Shown: positions 18,248 to 27,776, counted from the stretch's first letter. The stretch: 64,000 nt of DNA from Bacilli bacterium (GCA_900769695.1 CAAGHO010000049.1:11347-75346), one strand, 5' to 3'. Numbers and translations are program-made. The notes: a model not told the origin generated them from the sequence alone.

Positions 18248-20896
18248 ATGAGAACAGTAAACAAAGTTGGTGGTGCTAACGGCACAATTTTTACAGAATT
18301 TTACGGCAATACCACAGATGTAAAACCAACAGAAGATGTTCCTAACGGTAGTGCTTTTTATGAAGTTGATAATAACATGCAAGAATACCGTTTTGATAAA
18401 GAAAACAAAATTTGGTATCCAATAACTAGAGGTGGTACTGCTCCAAGTGATGAATATTTACCGTTATCAGGTGGTATTATGACTGGTGACATTAACATGA
18501 ATGGCAATTCATTACTTAACGCTAAGTCTATTTATGCAAATGATAATACGGACATAAATAAAGTAAAATATATAAGTGGTTTATTACCTACAAATATTTT
18601 TATTAATAATTATAATACTGTAGGATACAATTTAGTAGGAATAGATATTAGCGAAAATACTTTTACTTTTTGCTCAAACGATAAAAATAATAAACATAGT
18701 CAAATTGAAATAATATATAATGTTGAAGATAATTTGCCACGTTTGAGTTTTAAGGCAGGATATAATGACAGAATAAATTTACCAGTTTTATTAAAAGGTG
18801 TTGATACACCAGTAGATGATACAGATGCAGCAAACAAGCAGTACGTAGACCAAGAAACCACCAAGTATTTACCTTTAACTGGTGGAAAAATGACTGGCAA
18901 TATTAACCTTAGCAAAAAAAGCATCTATGAAATTTTTGATATGACTTTTATCTACAGTGTTCAATTAAAAAGTGGAATTGATAATAATAGAAATTATTTG
19001 CAAGTTGTTAGGGATGGTACTGATAATAAACTCTCTATTAAGGCCGCAGACGCTGTTGAGGATGATGAACTTGTTACCAAATCTCAAATGGAAACTGCTG
19101 ATAGTAAGTATCTTCCATTAACAGGAACCACAGAGGACAATCCAGTTACAGGCGTTGTCACATTTAATGGCGAAAGCACTATTACTGGTGTTAGCACTCC
19201 TGTAAACGATACTGACGTTGTAACTAAGAAATATGCTGATGATATTAAGACAGAATTAGATGATAAGACTAATCAGCTAAATGAAGATTTAGAGAACTAT
19301 GTTTTTTATAATATCGCTTATGATATTTCTAAAACAAATGTATGGTTGGATAATACAGGTAACGAAGTACAAGCCGGTGGTTGGAGTGTAAGTAATTACA
19401 TAGACGTTGCGGTAGGAAATGTTTATACCATCGAAGGAATAACTACGCCCACAACAGTAAGAAAATATGCTTTATACAATGAAAACAAAGAATTTACAAG
19501 AATAATTGAAAACAATACTAATGAACATTCACTAGACGTTATACCACAATATAATGAACGATACATTAGACTGTCTATTAGATTTAATGATGCATTAAAA
19601 ATCTTAACTTCTAAAAATGTGTCAAAAAATGATTACAGGGTGAAAGACAAATTAAATGTAAAATATTTTGGAGCAACTGGAAACGGGACAGCTGATGATA
19701 CAGGCGTTATTCAATATGTACTAAACTTAGCCAAGGAAACAGGCTCGTCAGTGTATTTGCCTACCGGTAAATATCTAATTACCAATATTGAAATCCCTGA
19801 GAACGTCACTTTGCTTGGCGAAAACGGCAATAGCGCACCAGAAATCTCAGGGAGTGTTTTGTATTGCACTGATAAAAATAACCCTGCTGTTATTTTAAAT
19901 TCGCGTTCTACTATCAAAAATATTGCTTTTTTTTATCCAAACCAAAAAATTGTAAACAACTACCCTGTCACTTACCCAGAAACAATCAAATTGACAGACA
20001 CTGCCATATCTACATTAGTAGAAATTGACAACATAAATTTAATCAATTCTTATTATGCTATAAACGCAACTCCAAAGCATGAAAAATTGCGCATAAATAA
20101 TGTGTGGGGTTATGCTATCAACAAAGGATTGTTTATTGATGGTTCTACTGATGTTGATATTGTAAACAATGTGCATTTTAATTACAACACCTTACGTGGT
20201 TTTTATGACGAAACTGTTAATGAGGAATTTGAATCCTTTACAAGTCGTGTTGGCGTTGCATATCAGTTTGGACGGTGTGATACAGCCATTATTCAAAATA
20301 TCTTTGCCTATGGTTACAGGATTGGGATGCAACTGGTGACATCCGTAACTGCACAAAATAAATTACCGCCAACTTACGTTATATTCACAAACACTAGCAT
20401 GGATACCTGCAATTACCCTCTATGGGTTGGTAATGCTTCTCACGTTTTGTTCGATAATTTTGTAGGAATTTCAAATAATCACACAGGAGATTACTCTGAT
20501 GTTAAAGCTTGCGTCTATATTACTGGTGGAGATGGCATCTGTATGTCAAACTCGATTTTAACAGGTTTCGGCAATATGCTTAAATCATCCGGCAATGATA
20601 TTGCACTATCAAATTGTAATATCCGAAATTATAATAGAGAAGGTGCTACTGAAACAGGCTTTGCAATCGAAACGAGCAATGGTGACATTGCAATTAATAA
20701 CAGCATTATTATAGGTTCAACTAATAGAGTTACTGGCTTTGTACACGGTAATAGCAATGCAAATTCTATTACGGCAACAGGTTGCATTATAAAAAATATT
20801 ACTATGCAAGGAAAGCTAATTCAGGTTGATAATGTTGACACAATCATTACACAAGGATTAAATACACTGATTAATAGTGATGGTGTAATTAACTAA
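18248..20896 (+). CDS. tailspike / receptor-binding protein with pectate-lyase-like beta-helix (depolymerase) domain
   Basis: ..VKYFGATGNGTADDTGVIQYVLNLAKETGSSVYLPTGKYLITN.. is the Pectate_lyase_3-type signature; N-terminus shared with 21041-23266; DAxNKxYVD collar motifs. Confidence 0.7.
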   Translation: MRTVNKVGGANGTIFTEFYGNTTDVKPTEDVPNGSAFYEVDNNMQEYRFDKENKIWYPITRGGTAPSDEYLPLSGGIMTGDINMNGNSLLNAKSIYANDNTDINKVKYISGLLPTNIFINNYNTVGYNLVGIDISENTFTFCSNDKNNKHSQIEIIYNVEDNLPRLSFKAGYNDRINLPVLLKGVDTPVDDTDAANKQYVDQETTKYLPLTGGKMTGNINLSKKSIYEIFDMTFIYSVQLKSGIDNNRNYLQVVRDGTDNKLSIKAADAVEDDELVTKSQMETADSKYLPLTGTTEDNPVTGVVTFNGESTITGVSTPVNDTDVVTKKYADDIKTELDDKTNQLNEDLENYVFYNIAYDISKTNVWLDNTGNEVQAGGWSVSNYIDVAVGNVYTIEGITTPTTVRKYALYNENKEFTRIIENNTNEHSLDVIPQYNERYIRLSIRFNDALKILTSKNVSKNDYRVKDKLNVKYFGATGNGTADDTGVIQYVLNLAKETGSSVYLPTGKYLITNIEIPENVTLLGENGNSAPEISGSVLYCTDKNNPAVILNSRSTIKNIAFFYPNQKIVNNYPVTYPETIKLTDTAISTLVEIDNINLINSYYAINATPKHEKLRINNVWGYAINKGLFIDGSTDVDIVNNVHFNYNTLRGFYDETVNEEFESFTSRVGVAYQFGRCDTAIIQNIFAYGYRIGMQLVTSVTAQNKLPPTYVIFTNTSMDTCNYPLWVGNASHVLFDNFVGISNNHTGDYSDVKACVYITGGDGICMSNSILTGFGNMLKSSGNDIALSNCNIRNYNREGATETGFAIETSNGDIAINNSIIIGSTNRVTGFVHGNSNANSITATGCIIKNITMQGKLIQVDNVDTIITQGLNTLINSDGVIN

Positions 20897-20910
20897 AAAA
20901 TGAAGCTACA

Positions 20911-20959
20911 GTAACTCATGTGGCTAGTTCTTCGGATAAAGAGGAAATTGGTGAGGAAA
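20911..20959 (+). repeat. non-coding relic of the 3' end of gene 17243-17803 (copy of 17654-17702)
   Basis: By my count 44 of 49 nt identical, last 25 identical (ggataaagaggaaattggtgaggaaa). Confidence 0.7.
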
Positions 20960-20968
20960 TTTTACTTT

Positions 20969-20996
20969 AGAGAGGACTAATAATCCTCTCTTTTTT
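20969..20996 (+). terminator. intrinsic terminator
   Basis: AGAGAGGA-7 nt-TCCTCTCT then TTTTT. Confidence 0.7.
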
Positions 20997-21040
20997 CATG
21001 TTTATATATATTAATCCTATTTTTTGAAAGGAGATTTATA

Positions 21041-23266
21041 ATGAAAACAATTAATAAAGTTGGTGGTGCTAATGGACTTTCCTATACTGAATTTTATGGT
21101 ATTACCACAGACATTAAACCTACTGATGATACAATCCCTAACGGTAGTGTGTTTTATGAAATAGACCACAATATGCAAGAGTACCGTTGGGATAAAGAAA
21201 ATGGCATATGGAGAAAGATAAGTTCTACTGCTAGTGGTGGTGGAACGTCTGTTACTGGCGATTACTTGCCTTTATCTGGTGGTACTATGCAAGGTGCTAT
21301 AGATATGTCTGGTTATCAAATTGAAAATATAAGTGAATTAACTTTAGGTGAAACTGGATATGTTGGTATCATTCCACATGAAATTACAAGTGCTACTGAT
21401 AATGGGACTACTGTTGAATTATCTAACCCTAAGACAAAGAAAGATATTAAACTTAGAGGAATTGACACACCTATAAATGATAATGATACTGTAAATAAGA
21501 AATACGCTGACGATATAAAAGATTATGGAATTGAGCATAATCCAGTTTTGGACAGTGGACAAGAGGAATTTGTTTTAGGACAAAATGACTTGGCTTATGT
21601 ATTTAAAAATTCAATGGTAATGGATAGTGGAGATAGATTTTATTTTGCTGACCCAGTATCATTAACAAATGGAAAATTAGTTCCTTTTATAACTTCTGCT
21701 ATGACTGGTGAGGAATATCACTTATTGGTTGGCACTTATCCTAAAGGTGTTCAAGATGGAACACTTGCACCTGTTCGGATTGATGGCGTTGCTGAACCTA
21801 CTGGTGATAATATGGCTGTCAATAAGAAATATGTTGATGATAAAATGGGTAGTGTAAGTGGCGAATATATTCCTTTAAGTGGCACTGAAACTGGTAAACC
21901 TGTCACAGGTAATATTGAATTTAAACCAGTGGCCGTCACTAGGGCTGGTGGTGGTAATGTTTCATCATTCACTTTAGGCGGTGTATCACAGTATGGTAAC
22001 ATATTTGGCTGTTTTGATTTTACAGATAACAAGTTTATCTTTGATGGCAGTTCTATTTTATTTGTTGGTGCCACAGGTCTGTTATCGTCTTTTACTACAC
22101 ATGGTTTAATTTTTGATGACAATGACACAAGCAAAAAGTATGAAATGAATTTTTCTACAGGAAAATCTGGCAGAATATCATTCATGCACAGTGATGGAAG
22201 TGGTCTTGAAACTGGCTCAGTTGAATTAGATGGTATCAACACCATTACAATGAAGTTTGCAGAGACAGGTGGTCAGCCAACTATTAAAGCTACTAATGCT
22301 AGTACTATCACATTAACAAGCGAAGATTCCAATGTTTCTAATGACTTAACATTAACTGGTCTTGCTTCACCTGTAAATGAAAAGGATGCTGTAAATAAAC
22401 AATATGTTGATAGTGCTATAAATTCTGTTACAGAAAATCAAGTAACCATTCAAAAAGCAGATAATGCTAATATGTGTATTAATCTTGCTGTAGATGGTGA
22501 TGAAGCAAGTGGTGTATTAGATTTAACTGATAAAAATGGCAACCCAGTTATCGTTAGAGGTGTAGATACACCAGTTCAAGATACTGACGCTGTTAATAAA
22601 AAGTATTTTGAAACTCATTTATCCAGTGATTTTGTTCCAAATAAAGATTTAGATATGAAACAGTATAAATTAATCAATACTTCTGCTGTAGAGATTTATG
22701 GTGGAATTAATGACAGTGTGAATAATACTTATTTTATCAGAGAAACTTCACAAGCTTCTATTAATACTGACACAAAAATTCCAGAATATGTAAAGGTTAT
22801 TACTGGCGTTCATACTGGTAATACAAACCAAGATGTAATTTTAAGAGGTATTAGGGCAGGACAACAGAAAAATGACGCAGTAAACTATAATCAGTTTAAA
22901 ACATTAGCAGATTCATTTGAAAGATGTCAACATGATGTTGAAAGTCTGAATGCTTGGAAAATGACTTTTGACGAGAATCAAGTAACTAATACTGTAAATT
23001 CTATTATTAAATATACGGATGTTGCTTATGAATTGACAATCGCAAGTGGTGAGGAACAATGGTATAGTTATGATTTAGCAATGCAAAATGGTTATACTCC
23101 AATATCTGCTACTTTAGTTATTGATGATACCAACCCATTTGTAGGTCATTGTTCTTTGGATATTACACCAGACGGTACTTACAATGCTTTAATTTATCTT
23201 AAATCCCAAGGTGACGATAAGACTTGCAACTGTAAAGTAAGACTTGTGTGGATAAAAAATCAGTAA
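21041..23266 (+). CDS. tail fibre / second receptor-binding protein
   Basis: N-terminal 60 aa paralogous to 18248-20896; repeated DTPxxDxDAVNKKY collar motifs; divergent C-terminus. Confidence 0.65.
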   Translation: MKTINKVGGANGLSYTEFYGITTDIKPTDDTIPNGSVFYEIDHNMQEYRWDKENGIWRKISSTASGGGTSVTGDYLPLSGGTMQGAIDMSGYQIENISELTLGETGYVGIIPHEITSATDNGTTVELSNPKTKKDIKLRGIDTPINDNDTVNKKYADDIKDYGIEHNPVLDSGQEEFVLGQNDLAYVFKNSMVMDSGDRFYFADPVSLTNGKLVPFITSAMTGEEYHLLVGTYPKGVQDGTLAPVRIDGVAEPTGDNMAVNKKYVDDKMGSVSGEYIPLSGTETGKPVTGNIEFKPVAVTRAGGGNVSSFTLGGVSQYGNIFGCFDFTDNKFIFDGSSILFVGATGLLSSFTTHGLIFDDNDTSKKYEMNFSTGKSGRISFMHSDGSGLETGSVELDGINTITMKFAETGGQPTIKATNASTITLTSEDSNVSNDLTLTGLASPVNEKDAVNKQYVDSAINSVTENQVTIQKADNANMCINLAVDGDEASGVLDLTDKNGNPVIVRGVDTPVQDTDAVNKKYFETHLSSDFVPNKDLDMKQYKLINTSAVEIYGGINDSVNNTYFIRETSQASINTDTKIPEYVKVITGVHTGNTNQDVILRGIRAGQQKNDAVNYNQFKTLADSFERCQHDVESLNAWKMTFDENQVTNTVNSIIKYTDVAYELTIASGEEQWYSYDLAMQNGYTPISATLVIDDTNPFVGHCSLDITPDGTYNALIYLKSQGDDKTCNCKVRLVWIKNQ

Positions 23267-23283
23267 AAATATAAGTATATCTA

Positions 23284-23312
23284 TTGACTTTTAGAAAGCT
23301 ATGTGCTATTAT
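23284..23312 (+). promoter_or_regulatory. sigma-A-type promoter upstream of the endolysin
   Basis: TTGACT-17 nt-TATTAT with TGc. Confidence 0.55.
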
Positions 23313-23364
23313 CGTAAGTAGAAGCATATAGTTTTCTAAATTTATATGAAAGGAAAATGGAATA

Positions 23365-24285
23365 ATGGCTAATAAAACAGCAAAAGGTTTAGTGGAATTT
23401 GCCAAAAGTAAAATAGGCGTTCATTATGTTTATGGTGCTAAAGGTGAGATTCTTACTAAAACTAAGATATATTCATGGGCTAGGCAATATCCAAATATTT
23501 ACACACAAGCCTATATCAATAAGGCTTTACAATGGGTAGGTGAAGAAGCTGTTGACTGTTCTGGATTAATTTCATGGTATACTGGTATCATTCGTGGCTC
23601 TGGACAGTTTGAACAGACTGGTAACAGCAAAATCCCGCCGTCTAAATTAACAGATGATAAACTGGGTTACGCAGTGTGGAAACAAGGTCATATCGGCATT
23701 GTACTTGACCGTAACCATGTAATCGAAGCAAAAGGTATCAATTACGGGGTTATCCAGAGCAACTTAAATTCGACACCATGGAAAAAAGCATTTAAGATTA
23801 AAGATATTATATATGATAATACCGTTACTGAATATAAAAACGGTTTCTTTAAGGTAAACGGCTCATGGAGATATTACAGAAATGGAATTATTGTAGTGAA
23901 ATCATGGGTTAATGATAATAACCGTTGGTATGTTGTTGATGGTGAAGGAAAATTAATCACAAATCAGTGGTTCTATGAAGATGGAAAATGGTATTATTTG
24001 TCTGGTGATGGTGGTATGATTTCTAATCAGTGGCTTGAATATAAGGGTAATTGGTATTACTTTGATGGAGTAGGAGTATGTTTAACTAACACTTGGTATA
24101 AGTATCACGATAAATGGTATTATTTGGACGATACTGGTGCTATGAGAAAAGGACTGTTAGAAGATAACGGTAAATGGTATTATCTTGATGAAAATGGTGT
24201 TATGGTATCAGATGTTAATATTAAATTTAGCGCAAGTGATGATGGAAGTCTTAAATTTAGTGGACTTACTAATAAAGAAGATTAA
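23365..24285 (+). CDS. endolysin: NlpC/P60 (C40) peptidase plus CW_binding_1-type repeats
   Basis: ..EEAVDCSGLISWYTG.. (Cys), ..KQGHIGIVLD.. (His); about six repeats of the G(K/N)WYYLxxxGxM type. Confidence 0.85.
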   Translation: MANKTAKGLVEFAKSKIGVHYVYGAKGEILTKTKIYSWARQYPNIYTQAYINKALQWVGEEAVDCSGLISWYTGIIRGSGQFEQTGNSKIPPSKLTDDKLGYAVWKQGHIGIVLDRNHVIEAKGINYGVIQSNLNSTPWKKAFKIKDIIYDNTVTEYKNGFFKVNGSWRYYRNGIIVVKSWVNDNNRWYVVDGEGKLITNQWFYEDGKWYYLSGDGGMISNQWLEYKGNWYYFDGVGVCLTNTWYKYHDKWYYLDDTGAMRKGLLEDNGKWYYLDENGVMVSDVNIKFSASDDGSLKFSGLTNKED

Positions 24286-24312
24286 GATAAAAAGCGAAGG
24301 GAAAATAAAAAT

Positions 24313-24507
24313 ATGAGTACAGTTTCTATTATTTTATCGGCAATTTCTATTTTAAGTTTAATATTTGCATTTATTTTACTTGTAATTATATTTATGATTA
24401 GTTCTTTTAAACGTAATTATGACTATGCTGTTATACTTGCAAAGGCTGTTACTTATTTATCAGTATTTGCTACGGTGACAATGCTTATAGCTGTTTCTAT
24501 TAAATAA
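24313..24507 (+). CDS. small membrane protein (holin-like position)
   Basis: 64 aa, 2-3 hydrophobic helices, directly downstream of the endolysin. Confidence 0.45.
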   Translation: MSTVSIILSAISILSLIFAFILLVIIFMISSFKRNYDYAVILAKAVTYLSVFATVTMLIAVSIK

Positions 24508-24574
24508 GGCGAGAACACTCGTTACTTTAGTGGTGTGAGGTTCAATAAATAAAGGTTTAAAGGAGAAATAACTT

Positions 24575-24763
24575 TTGAGTATGTTATCAATCGTTGGTTT
24601 AATGCTCTTAGCAGTGGCAGTGATACTTATATTTTTCTTAATTGTAATATTTATTGCTTTTATAGTAGACCTTGGTTTAAATGAACCACAGGCTTTGTTA
24701 TCTATAATAGGAATTATATTAATAATGATTGTTTTACTTGTACTAATTTTTAAATTTTGTTAA
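24575..24763 (+). CDS. small membrane protein (holin-like position)
   Basis: 62 aa, two hydrophobic helices; TTG start 9 nt after AAAGGAG. Confidence 0.45.
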   Translation: MSMLSIVGLMLLAVAVILIFFLIVIFIAFIVDLGLNEPQALLSIIGIILIMIVLLVLIFKFC

Positions 24764-24769
24764 ATTATT

Positions 24770-24797
24770 AAGAGGGCTTAAACAGCCCTCTTTTTTA
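24770..24797 (+). terminator. intrinsic terminator ending the + strand block
   Basis: AAGAGGGC-7 nt-GCCCTCTT then TTTT. Confidence 0.75.
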
Positions 24798-24887
24798 TTA
24801 TACAGAATGTCATAATTAAATTACATGGTATCAGTTAGTAACAAAGAGTTAGGAAGATTACGACATTAAAAACGATAACTTGATTAA

Positions 24888-24917
24888 CAAAATAAAAGAG
24901 GGGTGTTAGCCCCTCTT
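24888..24917 (-). terminator. intrinsic terminator ending the - strand block
   Basis: - strand AAGAGGGG-6 nt-CCCCTCTT then TTATTTT. Confidence 0.7.
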
Positions 24918-24930
24918 TACTTATTCGTAT

Positions 24931-25485
24931 CTATTCGGTTTTTTCGTCTACTTCTGGATTACCGAGTTCTGCAATAACTTTATTTAAACAACCCCCTACA
25001 TTCTCAATACATTCCATTGTAAGTTTAGTGAACAAGTATAAAAATCTTGTTTCGTTATCTGTAATAAGTTCTGGTTTTTTCACAAAGTCATTAAAATTAA
25101 TGCCATATCGAGTTTGAAAGACTTTTACAATCAAATCTGCGTTTTTAAGTGTTTCTTTGAGGAGTCCTTTAACAAGCATAATCTGCTCAATAGAATTTGT
25201 AATGTTTTCTTTTGAAATAGTTGTAGTTTTTGGTTTGGGTTCTTTTTCTTTTGTTTCTGAATAATAATAACGTGTAAATAATTCCCAGTCATTGCTTAAT
25301 AAACTTTCTTTACTAGGAGTATAACTAATATCAGCTTTTTTAAAAAGCGGCTCACCATAAAACCATCTAAAGCTAACTGGGTCAATTAAATTTTCCCAAC
25401 TTTTTCTACGAATATAAACTTTACCACAAGCATCTAAACTTTTCTGTTTCTTTTCTGCTTCTTTGATTGCTTCTAAAAGTGTCAT
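24931..25485 (-). CDS. protein with N-terminal DUF2829 (Tad2-like) domain and unknown C-terminal domain
   Basis: MTLLEAIKEAEKK..VYIRRKSWEN..YTPSKESLLSNDWELF fits the remembered DUF2829 pattern (f.eAl.alk.G..v.R..W ... tPs..DLLA.DWev). Confidence 0.4.
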   Translation of the reverse strand: MTLLEAIKEAEKKQKSLDACGKVYIRRKSWENLIDPVSFRWFYGEPLFKKADISYTPSKESLLSNDWELFTRYYYSETKEKEPKPKTTTISKENITNSIEQIMLVKGLLKETLKNADLIVKVFQTRYGINFNDFVKKPELITDNETRFLYLFTKLTMECIENVGGCLNKVIAELGNPEVDEKTE

Positions 25486-25515
25486 AATGTTTTTTCTCCT
25501 TTTTTATAGAATTTT

Positions 25516-26241
25516 TTATTTAACACCACTACTACCAAAACCACCTCTTGTTTTTCCATCTAAATGATCTACTTTTTCAAAAACAATAGTAGGCTGTTTC
25601 TTTACAATACGGAACTGGCAAATACGGTCATTAAAGTCGATATGTGTATCTCTTGTTGCGTAAGCTGGGAACATCCATTTATCGTTATCTCCACAATAGA
25701 GGTTGTCAATTATCCCTGTCGAATTTACTAAAAGAATACCATAGTTTTTAAACGTACTACTTCTTGGAACAATATGTGCTTCATAACCATCTGGAAGTTT
25801 CATACTTACACCAAGAGAGATAAGTTTAAATTCACCAGTTTTTAAGTCAATTCCATTAGGTTCAGCACATCTTAAATCAATCCAATCTGAATTTGCACCA
25901 TTGATATTTTCAAGAGGTGTAATAGGTTCATGGTATTTGATTTTGATTGTTTCGTTATTAGATACTTCATTGGAAGTGGTAATTGGTTCAAGTATTTCTT
26001 CTGATAAATAAAATTTCTTTTCTATATTTTTAAACCAAATAAGATAAGGTAAAATATTATTTGCGTTAGCTTCGATAACTACACCAGTATCTAATAGCAA
26101 TGAATTATAAAAAGTATCAGTTCTTACAATTCCACAAATTCCACATTCTTTTAATTTTGTGTAAATGTCTGGTAATAATTTAATTGTAACAATATCACCC
26201 ACTTTGAATTTTGGTTTTAATTTTACTGATTTTTCATTCAT
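25516..26241 (-). CDS. dut: dUTPase with about 110-aa N-terminal extension
   Basis: ..DWIDLRCAE.., ..IVPRSST.., ..STGIIDNLYCGDND.., ..RICQFRIV.., ..KTRGGFGSSG are the five trimeric dUTPase motifs. Confidence 0.8.
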   Translation of the reverse strand: MNEKSVKLKPKFKVGDIVTIKLLPDIYTKLKECGICGIVRTDTFYNSLLLDTGVVIEANANNILPYLIWFKNIEKKFYLSEEILEPITTSNEVSNNETIKIKYHEPITPLENINGANSDWIDLRCAEPNGIDLKTGEFKLISLGVSMKLPDGYEAHIVPRSSTFKNYGILLVNSTGIIDNLYCGDNDKWMFPAYATRDTHIDFNDRICQFRIVKKQPTIVFEKVDHLDGKTRGGFGSSGVK

Positions 26242-26283
26242 AATTAATCTCCTTTGATATATTTTGTATTGCTTTGTACGTTA

Positions 26284-26312
26284 ATCATAATACTTTTTAT
26301 AGTAAAAGTCAA
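26284..26312 (-). promoter_or_regulatory. sigma-A-type promoter (dut operon)
   Basis: - strand TTGACT-17 nt-TATGAT. Confidence 0.5.
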
Positions 26313-26389
26313 TGGTTTTTATAAAATTATGTGTTAGATTTTTATGTAGAAAATATTAAATATTCAGACTATTTAAAATGAGATTGCTA

Positions 26390-26418
26390 TTGATTTTATA
26401 TAGGAAAAGTGCTAATAT
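26390..26418 (+). promoter_or_regulatory. sigma-A-type promoter of the + strand islet
   Basis: TTGATT-17 nt-TAATAT with TGc. Confidence 0.5.
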
Positions 26419-26452
26419 TATTATATAAAATAATATGCCAAAGGAGAATAAA

Positions 26453-27031
26453 ATGTATAAAGATAAAGAAAAAAGACTTCAATATTGTAGGCAATGGGGT
26501 AAAGATAGTAGAAAATTTGCTTTAGAACATCATTTGTGTACATGCTGTTTTAAAGAACGTACTTATGGTAAAGAACGAATGTGTTTATTATGTAAGGCAA
26601 AAGCATATGAACGTAGGCAAAAAAGAAAAGAATCAATGTCGGAAGAAAAATATAAAGAGTTTAAGTTAAAATATCGTGAAAAAGATTTAGAACAAAAGAG
26701 AAAGATTAAATTAGAAAGAAAAGAAAAAGGTTTATGTGCAGAATGTGGTAAAAGAAAAGCTATGAACAATAGAGTACGTTGTGGCATTTGCCTTGCTAAA
26801 GATAGGGAAAGACATAATTTAAAGAACGCCGAATTAAAAGACCCAACTAAAAATAGACAATATAGATTAGAAAATCATTTGTGTTATACTTGTGGTACAT
26901 CTTTAGATAAAGATAGTAAAAGTACGGTATGCGATAAGTGCCATAAAATTTTTAGTGAAAGTGCTAAAAAAAGTGGCGTTATTGTAAAAATGAAATATCC
27001 TAATATGAATCATAGATTATTTGTTAAATAA
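26453..27031 (+). CDS. basic protein with repeated CxxC zinc-ribbon motifs
   Basis: AAAGGAG 7 nt before ATG 26453; CTCC..CLLC, CAEC..CGIC, CYTC..CDKC pairs separated by Lys/Arg/Glu-rich helices. Confidence 0.55.
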   Translation: MYKDKEKRLQYCRQWGKDSRKFALEHHLCTCCFKERTYGKERMCLLCKAKAYERRQKRKESMSEEKYKEFKLKYREKDLEQKRKIKLERKEKGLCAECGKRKAMNNRVRCGICLAKDRERHNLKNAELKDPTKNRQYRLENHLCYTCGTSLDKDSKSTVCDKCHKIFSESAKKSGVIVKMKYPNMNHRLFVK

Positions 27032-27095
27032 TAGAAGAAAAGGAGATAATAACTTTTAAAGAACTGAATATAGCAATAATTAAAGGAGAAATAAA

Positions 27096-27422
27096 TTGAA
27101 AGCTGAAAAAACTATACCTATAAATGTAGAATTGATGACAGGAAATAAAAATACAAATAAAAACGAGGACAATACAGTATATGTAAATGACTGCTCAAAA
27201 TATCCAATTAAGAGTGATGAAGAATATGTTTGTATTTTTGATGGTAATGTAATCAATAATAATTTTGTAAATATTAATATTTATGGAATTATAATAGATA
27301 TAAACGAAAAGAATATTGTTGTTTATAATAAAGAAAACAAAAACATTAGTATAGTAGATAGAAAAAGTATTAAATGTCTTTTACCTAAAGAAGAATATAA
27401 TTTAATACGTGGTAGAGATTAG
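27096..27422 (+). CDS. hypothetical protein
   Basis: 108 aa; TTG start 7 nt after AAAGGAG. Confidence 0.5.
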   Translation: MKAEKTIPINVELMTGNKNTNKNEDNTVYVNDCSKYPIKSDEEYVCIFDGNVINNNFVNINIYGIIIDINEKNIVVYNKENKNISIVDRKSIKCLLPKEEYNLIRGRD

Positions 27423-27547
27423 TAACAAAGAGTATAAGGAGTTTGGTTATGGGACTTGATATAATTAGTGTGTTTAGTATTTTGATTGAAAATTTAGAAA
27501 AAAGAACAGTATAATAAAAATAAAAAAGAAAGCAGGTAATAAATAAT

Positions 27548-27718
27548 ATGGACATTTTAGAAAAAGAAATCTATGTGGTTTATGGTACTGAAAATATTGC
27601 AGGAGAAGCAATGCAAGTAATTGAAAAAGTGTTTAGAAATAAAGAAAACGCTAAGAAGTATTGTGAAGAACACAAGGATAAGAATTGTTCTTATGACGTT
27701 TGGAAACTTGATGATTGA
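27548..27718 (+). CDS. hypothetical 56-aa protein (below the track cut-off)
   Basis: MDILEKEIYVVYGTENIAGEAMQVIEKVFRNKENAKKYCEEHKDKNCSYDVWKLDD; followed by a terminator; weak RBS. Confidence 0.4.
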   Translation: MDILEKEIYVVYGTENIAGEAMQVIEKVFRNKENAKKYCEEHKDKNCSYDVWKLDD

Positions 27719-27745
27719 TTAAATGAATAATTGAATATTAAATAG

Positions 27746-27776
27746 CCCTCCGGCAATAAGTCGGAGGGTTTGTTTT
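27746..27776 (+). terminator. intrinsic terminator
   Basis: CCCTCCG-9 nt-CGGAGGG then TTTGTTTT. Confidence 0.7.

Noticed and set aside
21751-22245. 164-aa antisense ORF inside the second receptor-binding gene, and similar ones (2891-3205, 18700-18924, 19711-19917, 37138-37458, 59920-60330, 60814-61217)
   Set aside because: They overlap strongly supported genes on the opposite strand, have no RBS, and have biased composition. I treat them as spurious.
24834-27434. 14-nt exact repeat ttagtaacaaagagt at about 24834 and about 27421
   Set aside because: It is a single short match in AT-rich sequence, of a length expected by chance in 64 kb, and there is no flanking similarity.
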